Shown here one piece after another: positions 49,070-63,206 of a stretch of DNA of 64,000 nucleotides. A program made the position numbers and the translations under genes. Location: contig OZ024740.1 of assembly GCA_964016885.1 (NCBI GenBank), forward strand, positions 270,692,001 through 270,756,000. The letters are read 5' to 3'. Every line of letters starts with the position of its first letter. Position 1 is the first letter of the stretch. The stretch comes from Eledone cirrhosa (lineage: Eukaryota). The notes below the pieces were generated by a model. That model saw nothing but the letters and a program-made list of their open reading frames with translations. It was not told the origin of the DNA and made no database searches.

Positions 49070-50959
49070 TGTGTAATAAGGCCAAGACAATGCAGGTATG
49101 GACATAGAAAAAAGAATGCAATAGTGAAAGATATTGATGTGAATTCGTCTTTCACCTTGAATTTATTTAAATGTCCTTAATTTTCGAGATAATATCTCTT
49201 CTTCGGAGGGAAGTAATGGTCTCAAACCAGCGTCTTTAAATCTCTAGCAAGCCATGCTGACCGGAAATAGTATAGAGTATCTGTTCTAACTCTAATATCA
49301 AAGAATTAAGATTAGGTAGATAAAGAGTAGTCTCCCTTTAAGAGGGGTTTGTTTAGGGTTTTTTTTTTTTTTTTTTAAATTTTATATACGTGCCTGTATA
49401 TGTGTGTGGGAGAAAGCATGAAGGTGTAGGTATGTGGGTGTGTGTGTGTGGGTGTGGGAAGATAGGTCTAATCGTAAAAGTGGGGGGTAGGTGTTTTCTG
49501 GTGTTAGAACTGGTTTTGTGTGTGTATGTGTGAGAGAGAATAAGTGGAGGTGTGCGCGTGCGTGTGTGTGGGGTGTGTAAAAGTGGGGCTAGAGGCCCTA
49601 TCAGGTTATAAATTGGGTGTTGAGCTCTAGTCTATTATTGATTGGTGGATGTGTTCTATCTATAATAAGTGCTTCCTTAATTCTAAGATTGCCGAGGTTT
49701 CTTTCCTTAGTTTCTATCCTAACTGTTATGTTTTTATCGGTGTTTTTGCATTTAACTAGGTGTTTCTTAAATGAGGAAGCGTTAGTATTGAGGTGTTCTT
49801 TTATTCTTATGTGGAGTGGTCTGGTGGTGCTACCTACGTAGAAGTTGTTGCATTTGTCACACTCTAGTCTGTATACTACGTAAGCCTGGTGGCATAGGTC
49901 TGTGTCGTTGATGGGGCAGTTGGCTAGTCTGCAGCAGTTGTCATGTCTGGTGGAGTGTCTCTTAGCCAGCCGTCCGCGCAAAGAAGGACCCGAGTGGGCC
50001 AGTTGGATATCTAGTCCCTCTCGTCTGATGGCTCTGCGGATGGCTGTTGTTGTTTCTTCACTGAAGTGTGGGAGCTTCAGGAAGCAAGTGTTAGTGCCTC
50101 GGGTGTGGTGTCCTCTGTTCTTTCTGGCACGGTTTGTGGTGGATGTCGTGTATCCGTTCAGTTTGAGTACTTCCAGGAAATGTGTGGTGTGTATGTCTCG
50201 GTCTCTGGCGTCGGTGCATTTGTTCTTGATACGTGCCAGTTCGTTCTTTAAGTATCCGAACTTGGCACCGAGTGGGAGGGCCGATCAGAAATGTACGAAC
50301 ACGTCCCTGCTGGCGAATTTTTTATAGAAGCAGGTGTGGATGTTGCCTTCCTCTGTTACCCTGAGTTGGAAGTCCAGTAGGGATAGGGATCCGCGGTCAT
50401 CGGGGTGTTCCATGCTGAACTTTATACTGGCGTCCATGCTGGAGAATGTTGTGTAAATTTTCTCTGCCTCCTCACGGGATGATGTAAGGATGAGTATGTC
50501 ATCTACATATCGGGTGAAGAAGGCATGGGAATGGCAGGTGTTGAGGGCTCGGCATTCTAGCTGGTTCATGTAAGTGATGGCCAGCAGGCCCGAAAGGCTG
50601 GATCCCATGGGTAATCCTGTTGTCTGTCTGTATGTATGGTGGTGGAAGGTGAAGTACGTGTTGTCTACTGTGAAGGACAAAAGCTGGTGTATGTCCGTCG
50701 GGTGGAGGCCGTAGCAGTGGATGTTCTCTGCGACCACGCAGTCCGTCAATAAATCGACAGCTGGGTGAGCGGGGACTGTAGTGTAGAGGGAGACAACGTC
50801 GAGGCTAAAAGCGTATTTATTTAGTTTAAGTTGTTCTGGCTGGAGTTGGTGTAATCTACGTATAACTTCGTCGGAGCTACTGACATGTCCGGGGAAGGTG
50901 GAGAGTAGAGGCTTGAGGACCTGGGAGAGAAGCCAGGAAATTTTGTATAGGGGTCCTTC

Positions 50960-50960
<1 letters not shown>
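49070..50960 (-). mobile_element. 5'-truncated Penelope-like element: RT + GIY-YIG endonuclease + 3' UTR
   Basis: [20 protein letters not shown], then VVYRLEC..C..FYVGSTTR.L..RI.EH; one frame from about 50960 to 49601 with a single internal TGA at 50285-50287; flanked by (TA)n. Confidence 0.92.
49175..49209 (-). ncRNA. minimal hammerhead variant (CCGAAGA core) in PLE 3' region
   Basis: Minus strand: CCU-CCGAAGA-A-GAGAU auu AUCUC-GAAA-AU-UA^-AGG. Confidence 0.6.
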
Positions 50961-51043
<83 letters not shown>

Positions 51044-51044
51044 C

Positions 51045-51122
<78 letters not shown>

Positions 51123-51188
51123 GTTATTCCGGGTTGAATCGGAGGTAACCACAGTAAGTAAGGTACTCAATACATAGCAGAGTATAAC

Positions 51189-51463
<275 letters not shown>

Positions 51464-51505
51464 GTTTTGCGAGGTTTTTTATATGAAATCGTGTGTTGAA
51501 ACAAA

Positions 51506-53334
51506 TATTGTTATACTTGGGGAGGGTCATATTTGTGTAATATTGCCAGAATTAATAACAGAACACCTCCTCAGCAGAATCAGTGAGTGCAACAAAAACA
51601 GGAGCCTATCCAACTGCATAATAGGCAGCATGGATGTGGTGTCACCGTACCCATCCATTAACATTGATTTTGCTGTGAAAATATGTGTGGAGGTGATCAT
51701 TGAGAGTTGGGTGGAGTTCTACGACGTCGACACAGACGAACTGGGCCTCCTACTTAGACTTACCTACGACACTGACTACCTAGACAGCCATGACCTTAGA
51801 TGTTTCTGCCCTAGTAGACCTATAAGAGGTAGCCCCCCCCCCCCCCCCCCACCATAACCTCAATGGCAAAAAAGACTCCCATGGGAAGGTGGATTGGGTG
51901 GACCAAAGCTATACGGACCCCCCAAAACAATGATCAGGTAAGAAAAATGGTCGCACATGCAATAGGGGCTAGTATCAAAACTACCCTAAAGGGCCACATA
52001 TTTAAGTTCAACGAGAAGATCTACACCCAAAATGAGGGAGCAACCATTGGCGTCAGCGTAGCTGGTGATGTTGCCAACCTTTTCATGGTATGGTGGGAAA
52101 GGAGACTTAAAGATCTCCTTAATGAGAGCTCCATAGACCTCATCATGTACTCTCGTTATGTAGATGATATCAATATAGTTATAAGAACATCCCCACTAGA
52201 AAGCACTAACAAGTTTGATTTAGAACGTAGCACGATGGAAAGCATCCAGCAGATAGCTAATTCCATACACCAGAGTATAACTGTAACTATCGACTTCCCT
52301 TCCAAACACCCTAACAATAGACTACCTGTATTAGACACAGAACTCTGGATTAACACTATAGACGAGAGAGCCCAAATTCTCCACTCACACTATGCTAAAC
52401 CCATGGCCTCCAAATACCTGATACTCAAAAACTCAGCAATGTCCAGTAGTGCTAAGTTTAATATTCTGATCGCAGATTTGGTACGAGTGATGAAGAATGT
52501 GTCCCGCATGTGCGACCCAACAGAAATGGAAAGACACATCCAACACTTCATCAACCGCATGCAGTTCTCATGGTACGACAACCAGAGATACCAGAGTGTC
52601 ATGTTTGTGGACGCTACCCCTGGAGGGAAATTAGCTAACCAGTGTAGAAAGGCCCTGAGAAAGACCCACTTAAAAATTAAGGTGGTAGAAAAGCCAGGAA
52701 CCACCATAAAATCCCTGATCAGCAAAACCTACCCTTTTAAGAAAACCAACTGTACCAATAGGAAATGTATCATATGTAAGGTAAACAGAAAGAATGAATG
52801 GAATAACAACAACACCCAAACAAACAACACTGGCCTAAGAGAAGTATAAATAAGTAAATAAAGTAAAATAAATAAATAAATACATACACAAGCACAATAA
52901 CAACAAGCACATAAACACACACTAGTCACCCATCACACAGCAAACAAAACACTATACACACACGCAAACGCATGCGCAAAGAAGACAAAATAAAATAAAC
53001 AAACAAGAAAATAAATAAATAAATATATAGACAGACTGAATAAAAATAGCGTAGACATACAATACAACAGGAGGAAACAATAACACCACTGACGATGTTG
53101 CAGATGTGCAACGAAAGATTTATGATAAACTATATATATGTGTTTGTGTCTATATTGTATCTGTATTATTTTTGACCGTCAGTCAGTCAATGGCAACATT
53201 GAGGACCGAGTAAGTTAGATTACCGATATAAAAGACACAGAAGCGAGAAGCGAAAACCAACCAAACAGTGAGTGTGTTCTGTTATTAATTCTGGCAATAT
53301 TAAACAAATATGACCCTCCCCAAGTATAACAATA
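51506..53334 (+). mobile_element. second Penelope-like element (RT fragment) bounded by a 61-bp inverted repeat
   Basis: SMDVVSPYPSI, GATIGVSVAG, RYVDDI, LPVLD; 51506-51566 is the reverse complement of 53274-53334 with 1 mismatch. Confidence 0.88.
53085..53126 (+). ncRNA. hammerhead motif 3' of PLE ORF, partly decayed
   Basis: ACCA-CUGACGA-U-GUUGCA gaug UGCAAC-GAAA-GAUU-UA^-UGAU. Confidence 0.6.
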
Positions 53335-53339
53335 TATAT

Positions 53340-53409
<70 letters not shown>

Positions 53410-54576
53410 GTATATATATATATATACATATATATATATACATATATATACATATATATATATACATATATATATATACATATATACATATATATATATA
53501 CATATATATATACACATAAATACATATATATATATATATAAATATTTACTCTTAATTGGCCAGAGGTGTTTATTTCCAACTACCTTATGAATTTGACTTT
53601 CCGTATTTATTACTGTTGTGAAATATTGTGGCTTTTTTTGTTGTAACTTCTCTGTTTTTTAGCCTAGGAAAATATATATATATATGCCTACGTATATAAT
53701 TACATGCATATATGTATTTATTTTCTTTTATTAATTGAGTTCTTTACACGAGGAATTAATATTGGTTTTGAAATAACTAATTAACCCGCGTGTGTTTTAT
53801 ATTTTACTCTTAATAATTCGGCCGGAGAATTATATTCCCATTTGCCCTTTATAGCATAACTTTCTGCATTTACTGCGGTTATGAGAAGCGGTTCTTATTC
53901 GGGTACAACTTCTGATTTAGCCTAAGAAAATATCTATATGCGTGTGTAATTTATACAAGCATATATTTATTTTTTTATTTTCAATTGAGTTCTTAAACAC
54001 GTTGGATTGATAATGTTTTCAAAAAAACTAATTAACCCGCGTGTATATTATTTTTTTTCCTCATTTCGTGGATCGTGGGTTGTCTCCCCTTCCCGCTTCG
54101 TGTCGCTATGATACTTCCTCAGTCAAAAACTGCTGGAATTTCAAATTTGGCGGTCATTCGAGGTGAGAGAGAGCAACTTTACGGACATGATTTTTGACAG
54201 CGGTAAGAAATTGTTTTCTTATTTCAATGTTTAATGGGCTTCCACTGATAATTTATAAGTGCCCACCTAAATATACTCTTACATGAATATATATTAGGCT
54301 TCTACATAAACTGGAAACATTCTCCCAAACTTGTAGAAAACTTATAATGAAACAATTGTTTGGAAAGAGAGATATACTTTAACTTTAATTATATCTCATA
54401 AAATAATACAACTGGTTTTTCCACATTATACATATTGTTAGCACCCCAAACACTTAAATTAGGTTTATATTTTAATATAACCTAATGTTTGTTGAGTGAG
54501 ATGGTTACCAGTCAGAGTTTAGCTTTAAGCTATCTCTGTTATTGTATTAAATATATATATATAAATATATATATAC

Positions 54577-54645
<69 letters not shown>

Positions 54646-54762
54646 CATATATATATATACATATGTATATATATATACACATATATATACACATATACAT
54701 ATGTATATACATATATATATATATATAGATATACATATATATATATACATATATATATATAC

Positions 54763-54793
<31 letters not shown>

Positions 54794-54894
54794 CATATAT
54801 ACATATATATATATATACATATATATACATATATATATACATATATACACATATATATATATATACATATATATACATATATCTATATATATAC

Positions 54895-54940
<46 letters not shown>

Positions 54941-55044
54941 ATACATATACATATATATACACACATATATATATATACACATAAATATACATAAATATAC
55001 ATATATATACATATATATACATATATATACATATATATATATAC

Positions 55045-55075
<31 letters not shown>

Positions 55076-55093
55076 CAAATATATATATACGTA

Positions 55094-55147
<54 letters not shown>

Positions 55148-55262
55148 CAAATATATATATACGTATATATATATATATATACACACATATATGCATATAT
55201 ATATATATACATATATATACATATATATATATATACATATATATATATACCTACATACACAC

Positions 55263-55330
<68 letters not shown>

Positions 55331-55332
<2 letters not shown>

Positions 55333-57563
55333 TCTATACAAGAATTCTACTTCTTTAGCACATTATGTCTGGGATCTTAAGATAGCTAATATACCATATA
55401 GCCTTAACTGGCGTTTATTAGCACGCTCTAACCACCTTTCTACACATACTAAGTTTTGTAATCTCTGTATCCTCGAGACACACTCTATAATCTTCTCTAG
55501 CGCATCTTTACTTAATAGAAAGTCTGAGATATTCTCTTCTTGCCCCCACGCTATTTCTAATTCATACTTTTATTATAAACCTAAACGTTCTAGTAGTACA
55601 AATTGTACCCATTAGCTGATATATTCCATTATTTATTTTTTAGTTTAGGTCTTTTTGTTTGCCAACATTATTGTTAACATCATTATTATCATTGGTTTTT
55701 GATGACTCTTCATTCTAGCTCTCATAATCTTTTGGCTACTGTACCATATCTATCTTCTTACGCATTAAATTTTCACTGTTACACCTTATGAATGTATATA
55801 AGATTATATATTTTACGCCATTTATTTTATTTTATTCTTATTTTTATTTTTATTTTTATTTTTATTTTTATTTTTATTTTTATTTTTATTTTTATTTTTA
55901 TTTTTATTCAGATTCTTCTTTGGAACAACTTCCCCCCCCCCCCCATGCGCACATAAACTTATTGTCAACCCCTCCAAATTGACTATGATTATATTATATT
56001 TACCCCCCCCCCTTTTACGCTCCTTTCTATTATGTAATATAGTATATTGACTATATTTTATGCCCCTTTGCATCCTCCATATATTTCTTCATTTCTGTCC
56101 CTATTAGCCTACCTTAATTCTGCTTAAGTCAGTTCTTTGGATATCGTTATGCATATGATAATAACAAATTTTCATTCCTTTTTGTAAACATTTGGAACGA
56201 AATATTAACGTTTATAAACTTTAATGACTTAAAATATAGCTAATATTATACTGTCTTATTGGATAGTTTAAATATTTTTAATATTAATTCATCAAATAGG
56301 GTTTTCGAGTCATTTACAGGGGTTGTTTCCTTAGCTTTTACTTAACTACTTAACTGCATGTGAGACCTAAATGTATACGTTTGTTTTTGTTTTTTTAATT
56401 TCCGGTTGATTCTATTTATTTATTTTATTCTATATTTTATATTTTATATTTTATTTGTAATACTACTGTGCATTATATTTACTGTCTGGCATTTATTTAC
56501 TGTCTGGCACTTACTCACTCATCCATATACATGTCTGTCTACCAACCTTGTAATTATAAGTAATTATATATTATATTGTATTAATTTATTTTATATAATA
56601 TATTATATTATATTGTATTTTTTATTGTAATATTGATCCTTATTACTTACCGTTAATTATATGTAACATTATGATATGTTAAACTTTATATATCATGTAA
56701 GATGTTTGTAGTTCTGTACCATCAACATTTTTTTTGAGGTATTGTACAATTTATTTTTCCTCACCTACTCTGTAACCCAATATGAATTGATTTGTTAACT
56801 TGAGTACATTTATATTGTTTATGATAAATGTTAGTATATTGTATATTGTAAATGTTAATATATTATTATTATATTATTATTGTGACATCTATATTGTTTG
56901 TGTAAATTAACCGGAGATTATCTATTCTATTATATTGTATTATATAGTATATAATTGTATTATTTATTATTTATTATATGTGCTACTTATAATTATATCA
57001 TATTATTACCTCATGTATATTGGGTAGATGTATTAGTATTATTATTATTATTATTTTCATTCCTATCATGCTTATTTTTATATTCAAATTCTTAATAAGG
57101 TTTAATTTGTGCAGTTGAAGATGGATGTGTGTATTGTTGTATGTGTATGTGTGTGTACGTGTGCGCACATATATACATATGCATATTGTATCTTTTGATT
57201 TTTATTGTAATTTTAATGTTGGTAAAGGTATATTATAGTATATTATATTGTATTATATATAATTCCTGCTCTATAGAACCACCTTTGTCTAGCTCTAGTT
57301 TTTTTTTTTTTTTTTTGACTATATTTGTAATATGGTTCTTAATGTTATATACATCCTTAGTAATTTTTTATCATATATTTTTATTATATATTTTTGTAAT
57401 ACTTCAGTGTATGTACACTCCATATTCTTCGGAGCTTCCGGCTTGCATCTGCCGATATTACTTCTTGTTGTTTTAATTGCCCTGATGAATCCTTAATAGG
57501 ACGAAACATTGTCGGCTAATAAAGACTTTTGATGTATTGAAGGCTTCTTTGTTTTACTCTCTT
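55331..57563 (+). mobile_element. third Penelope-like element: GIY-YIG C-terminal end (55331-55615) + long 3' region ending in a hammerhead
   Basis: [13 protein letters not shown]...YSLNWRLL...CNLCILE...[14 protein letters not shown] matches the ST.LS..W.LK/C.LC..E/LLN.R.E...C.H signature of PLE endonucleases; (TA)n on both sides. Confidence 0.75.
57479..57516 (+). ncRNA. minimal type-I hammerhead ribozyme
   Basis: GCC-CUGAUGA-AUCC uuaaua GGAC-GAAA-C auu G-UC^-GGC. Confidence 0.8.
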
Positions 57564-57564
57564 A

Positions 57565-57597
<33 letters not shown>

Positions 57598-57644
57598 CAT
57601 ATATACATATATATACATATATATACATATATACATATATATAC

Positions 57645-57715
<71 letters not shown>

Positions 57716-57721
<6 letters not shown>

Positions 57722-58271
57722 TAAAACATGTCTATAGAATCACCAGATAAAATATATACCGTTTCTTCTCCCAATAAGCATAATTAACCATATAAAAAAT
57801 CGATTTGACCTAGTATAAGAATAAAGGTTTCTATGAAGAAATCTCCGACAAATAACCGAAAGCATCCCTTCGCGTCGGTTGCGCCGGAGTATTTATCGAG
57901 TATTTTGACAGCGTGTATAAATCGTCCAGATATACAGTCAACTAAACAGAATTAGGTGTAAAATAAACTAGGAGAAGAGTGAACATATTTAGTTACCTCT
58001 ACCATGGTTTCGTCCGCATTTTAAGATATCCGATAATCTTGGACATCTGGAGCACCGGACTCTGCAGGAAGTTAGCTCAAATTTAGACAATTAATTTTAC
58101 AAAGTTATCACACCAAGAATACATTCAAAAATGGCTAAGAATCGTGATGTAGCAGCGGTCAAGTTAGAAAGGATGTGATTAGTTGCTTACGGCTGGTGGC
58201 CTTTTGCTAGAAAGCGCAGCACAATACAGCCAAAATTGTATCTCAACCTAACGGGAGATTATTACATATAA

Positions 58272-58356
<85 letters not shown>

Positions 58357-58708
58357 TTTGCAACGGGTCACTTTGTGGCTCAATGAAGAGTTAATAAATT
58401 AAATAATCAGAGCTATATATCATAAAACATGTCTATAGAATCACCAGATAAAATATATACCGTTTCCTCTCCCAATTAGCATAATTAAACATATAAAAAA
58501 TCGATTAGACCAAGCTATAAGAATAAAGGTTTCTATGAAGAAATCTCCGACAAATAACCGAAAGCATCCCTTCGCGGCGGTTGCGACGGAGCATTTATCG
58601 AGTATTTCGACAGCGTGTATGAATCGACCAGATATACAGTCAACTAAACAGAATTAAGTGTAAAATAAACTAGGAGAAGAGTGAACATATTTAGTTACCT
58701 CTACCATG
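57716..58708. repeat. ~290-bp direct repeat pair (57716-58006 and 58415-58708)
   Basis: catAAAACATGTCTATAGAATCACCAG...TTAGTTACCTCTACCATG occurs twice with scattered substitutions. Confidence 0.85.
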
Positions 58709-58750
58709 TGACCCGTTGCAAAACACACATATATATATATATATGTAAAC

Positions 58751-59050
<300 letters not shown>

Positions 59051-59162
59051 GACCGACAGATAATATTAGCAATTGGAAAGACCAATTGTTTCCTCGGTCC
59101 GATTTGTCGACTGTCGATATATATATATATATACTGTATCTATATCTCTATATATTTATATA

Positions 59163-59283
59163 CAGGGTGTCCCAAAAAAATGTATACACACTTCACAGTA
59201 TTCTAATAAAAGTGTGTATATATATGTGTATATATATGTGTGTATATATATAAGTGTGTATATATATGTTAGGGGACACCCTG
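59163..59283. mobile_element. Tc1/mariner-type MITE
   Basis: TA|CAGGGTGTCCC ... GGGACACCCTG|TA. Confidence 0.8.
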
Positions 59284-59568
59284 TATATATATAAACGTTA
59301 GTATAACATATACTACGCTCGCACACATACATAATACGTTTTTGTTTATTATTTTTTCTGTTTTTAAATCATAACCTTAGTCACTAATGAAGTACGTGTA
59401 TCTATTTTTAGGTTACCTAACAATATATTTCGACGTCCAAATAAATTATTCTTAAATGTTTATAAAATGGCTTGGCACAAGTTATGTTTTAAAACACAAA
59501 GGCGACAAGGTAGACATTTCGTTACTATATTTTTCTATTCTTTGTTCATAGTCATTTATTCGTTTTTT

Positions 59569-59782
59569 TTAACCCTTTAGCATTTAAACCAGCCATATCC
59601 GACCAGTATCCTCTCTCCTCTTTCTGTTCAAACCGGTTGTAACTGGCTGCTCATACTGGCGTTAAGGTATTGTTCTCAAAATAAATAACCTCAAAATCTC
59701 ATGTTCGATATTATGTAAGATAAAGCCTTTACCACGACAATACAATAGTATATATAGAGTAATGTAAATGCTAAAGGGTTAA
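59569..59782 (-). mobile_element. piggyBac-type MITE, reverse orientation
   Basis: TTAA|CCCTTTAGCATTTA ... TAAATGCTAAAGGG|TTAA. Confidence 0.88.
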
Positions 59783-60080
59783 CCATTTTATTCTAGTCTC
59801 AGCTTTCTGTTGTCGTTTTCTCACTCATAGAATCAAGCTGTTAACTTTTGTGCTAATTTTGTTCTCCAGTAGATTCGCAATTTTCATTTTATTCCTATAT
59901 TCTGAATTAATACCTCGATTAGCTAATATTTACAATAATTTTTTGCCTTAATTAAATTCAAGTAATGATAATGGGTTCTGTTTTAAGCACAAGGCCAACA
60001 ATTTTGGGGGAGGGGATGTCAATTAAACCGTCCCAGTGAATTACTGATACTTTATTTTATCGGCCCTGTAAGGATGAAAG

Positions 60081-61246
60081 CACTGCGATAATAAAAAGGT
60101 AGGGAGCCAATGTATCTCCCTGGAATACTCCAGCCAGTATCTCAAAGAACTCCGTCATCCCATCAGGTGTAATGACTTGGACTTTGGTGTTGGTGTAGCG
60201 CAGTGATATCAGGTCTACTATCTTCTTGGGGGTTCCATAAGCCTGTAAGATCATCAGGCAGTGAAGTTCCACAGAATGAAAGGCCTTCCTAAAGTCAATG
60301 AAAACCATGACAGCAGATAGGCTCTTTGCTCTAGCTCCCTCTAGAGATACACTGGCTCCCTACCTTTTTATCATTACAGTGGACTATTGTATGCGCCTCG
60401 CGCTGGAGAAACACCAGGACTCTGGCTTTACTGTAGCACTGGCTCAGAGCAGGAGAGTTAAGGCGAAAAAGATATCAGATGCTAAATTTGCTGACGACAT
60501 AGTTCTGGTGGCAAACACAGCGAAGGAGGCAGAGGAGTTAATGCAGGAGGTGGAGACCGTGTCAATGAGTGCGGGAATGAATGAAATTAAGACGAAGTAT
60601 ATGGTAGGGAACATTAAGAAGCCAGAGAAACTTATGAATGTAGGCGGGAAGCCGCTAGAGTTGGTTGAGAACTTCCTGTATCTGGGAGCAAAGATTAGGA
60701 ACACAGAGGATGATGTGGTTGAGAGGAAGAGCAAAGCCTGGGCGGCGTGCCACAGTTCGAGATCGGTGTGGAAGTCAGACCTTCGTAAAGACCTGAAGAT
60801 CCGTCTCTTCGTTGCTTCAGTGGAGTCTGTGCTACTGTACGGGTCTGAGACTTGGACACTGACCAAGATACTCACTCAGATGGTGGATGGGTGCTACATG
60901 AGAATGCTGAGGATGGTTCTGAACATTAATCAGTATACACTGGGTATGAAGAACTCAGAGCCGTACGGGAGCCTCCCAAACGTCAGCTCGAAAGTAACAC
61001 AGAGGAGACTGAGGTTAGCTGAACATGCTCACCGACATTCATAGTTAACACTGCACCCGGTGCTCCTGTAAGAGCCCCTATACGAACACACTAAAAGAGA
61101 GAGACCGAGGTTGACATATATTGATGCCCCTAAAGACAGACAGGTCTCTTGGAGACGCAGGACATGGCGGCGATGATGAGGGACAGAGACCGCTGGAGAG
61201 AACTCGTCCATGGATCTCGGGAATTTTACCCGCCCTAGATAGATAG
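60081..61246. mobile_element. 5'-inverted LINE insertion (RTE-like, (TAGA)n tail) splitting a minus-strand SINE
   Basis: 60081-60342 is RT on the minus strand (FIDFRKAF...QGDTLAPYLF) and 60343-61238 is RT on the plus strand (DTLAPYLF, FADD, LLYGSETW); AAGGATGAA on both flanks; SINE halves at 59970-60080 and 61247-61350. Confidence 0.82.
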
Positions 61247-61359
61247 AAGGATGAAGGCAAAGCTAACCTCGGCAGGATTTGAACTCAGAAGGTCAAGGGT
61301 GGTAACTCTAAACTGTTGACAGACTCTATTGTTAATGATACCCCACCACCCTATTAATA

Positions 61360-61550
61360 ATACTGGTTTCTGGTTTCTGCACAAAGACAACAATTTTAGG
61401 GGGAGGGAATCTCGATTAAATCGACCCCGTAAGGATAAAAGGCTAAGTTAACCTCGGCTGGATTTGAACTCAGAACGTAAATAGCCATAACTCTATGCCG
61501 CAAAGTAGAGTGTCTGACGCTCTACCGATTCTGCCAACCCACCACCCTAG
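61360..61550 (-). mobile_element. SINE (Meta-like core)
   Basis: Reverse complement of the 14484 family; another copy at about 61925-62080. Confidence 0.7.
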
Positions 61551-62084
61551 TAATAATTATAAAAAGCGTTTAGCTTTTTCACATTCAAAATAATAATAAC
61601 ACTGTCTGATAAATATTAGATGTTAATACTTTTATCGTGGAATTGTTTATGGTTCTATAATGGTAGTGAAAATTTCCTGATTTCGAATAAAAATAAGCGT
61701 TTTTTTAATTCTTTTTCTCTTTATTCGCTTGTTATCGAAATAAACAAATATTTTTTTTAAAGCGAATATCTACATTTAGAAATCTTCTTCAGATCTGATA
61801 GCAATCTTCTTTCCTGCGCATACATCATAACTTAAGATAAATAAATAAATAGTTCCGACAGTAATTGTAAAAAAAATCTATAAAAATAGCTAATGTAAAT
61901 TGCTATTAATAATGATTTTTTATAAAATTGGCATAAGGCTAGCAATTTGGGTAAAGAGGAAAATCGATAATATCGACTCAGAATATGACTGGTACTGTAT
62001 TTTATCGATCCTGAAAGGATGAAAGGTCAAGTCGACCTCGGTGTTGTTTCAACTTAGAGCGTAAAGAGCTGGAACAATAATAGA

Positions 62085-62520
62085 CCAATCCATCTTCAGG
62101 CTTTGGGACTCCCGACGCTGGAGTATAGGAGGCCGAGGTCAGACATCATACAAGCTTTTAAAATACTAAAAGAGTTCGATAAAGTAGAGTACGCTAGAAG
62201 GTGTCCCATCTGCGTCAATATACTGTTCGGAGAGGCATTCAACAGGACTACCCGAGAACACAACCGGAAGCTCCAGGTGCAACACCAAACAAGTCCTAGG
62301 AACCACTTTTTTCTGCACATGCATCCAACCACTGGAACAACCTCAAACTAGAAACAGTTGACACAACCCTCAGTCAACATTTTTAAGTCAAGGCTCGAGA
62401 AGGAGTGGACCAACCACACGCTCAAGTCTAACTATCGCTTCTCGTATTGATGCCCATCTGGGAGACATTGATACCAAGTGATGCTAGATACTCAGAAGAG
62501 GATCATCTCTACCTTGGTAT
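62085..62520 (+). mobile_element. CR1-like LINE 3' end
   Basis: GLPTLEYRR.RSDIIQAFKILK...TREHNRKL, typical of a CR1 ORF2 C-terminus. Confidence 0.7.
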
Positions 62521-63088
62521 GAGTCTAATTACCTTTAACAGGAACCAAATGACCATACTTAAGATATACTATATATACACAATAAACATACATAGGTGCT
62601 ACAAATCGTGGGACCAAGAACAAAGGAAAATTGTTGAAATAGAGGGGAGGAGAAAGACATTTTACAATATAAGTTAAACATTTAAAAGTTACGCAGATGA
62701 ATAAGACAAAACTAAAAATTATAGAAAATACATATAGTTAAAAAAAGATATATTTTAAGATAAATATAATTGAATGACCAACCTAGACACGGATGTAAAA
62801 TCATTACCAGAGTTCAACGATCATCCTTCCAATGCCTTTCTCGGATGACTTCAACCTCCCGAATTTCATATAGCCAGATTATCGCATCCTTTCAGGAATG
62901 TGACTCCAATGAACAAAGACAAGCAGCCATCGAACGTTTTTGGTAAATTCGCGCCAAAATGGAATATTATGGTTCCTCCAATTTCACCGACTTACGATTG
63001 TGAACCGAAAACTCTAACCACAAAGCCACGCGCCTACACACACACACACACACACACAGATATCTCTCTCTCTATATATATGTGTATA

Positions 63089-63206
<118 letters not shown>

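Noticed and set aside
49276-49287. AGTATCTGTTCT matching U2 just 3' of the 28289 fragment
   Set aside because: Only 12 nt, 21 kb away and inside a PLE UTR; likely chance.
50285-50287. In-frame TGA in the PLE ORF as selenocysteine
   Set aside because: The context VHF*SALP fits a CGA>TGA CpG mutation, not a Cys position.
56214-56271. SECIS-like AUGA...GA hairpin in the PLE 3' region
   Set aside because: The upper helix pairs poorly and AT-rich DNA gives such matches by chance; it would need SECISearch3 support.
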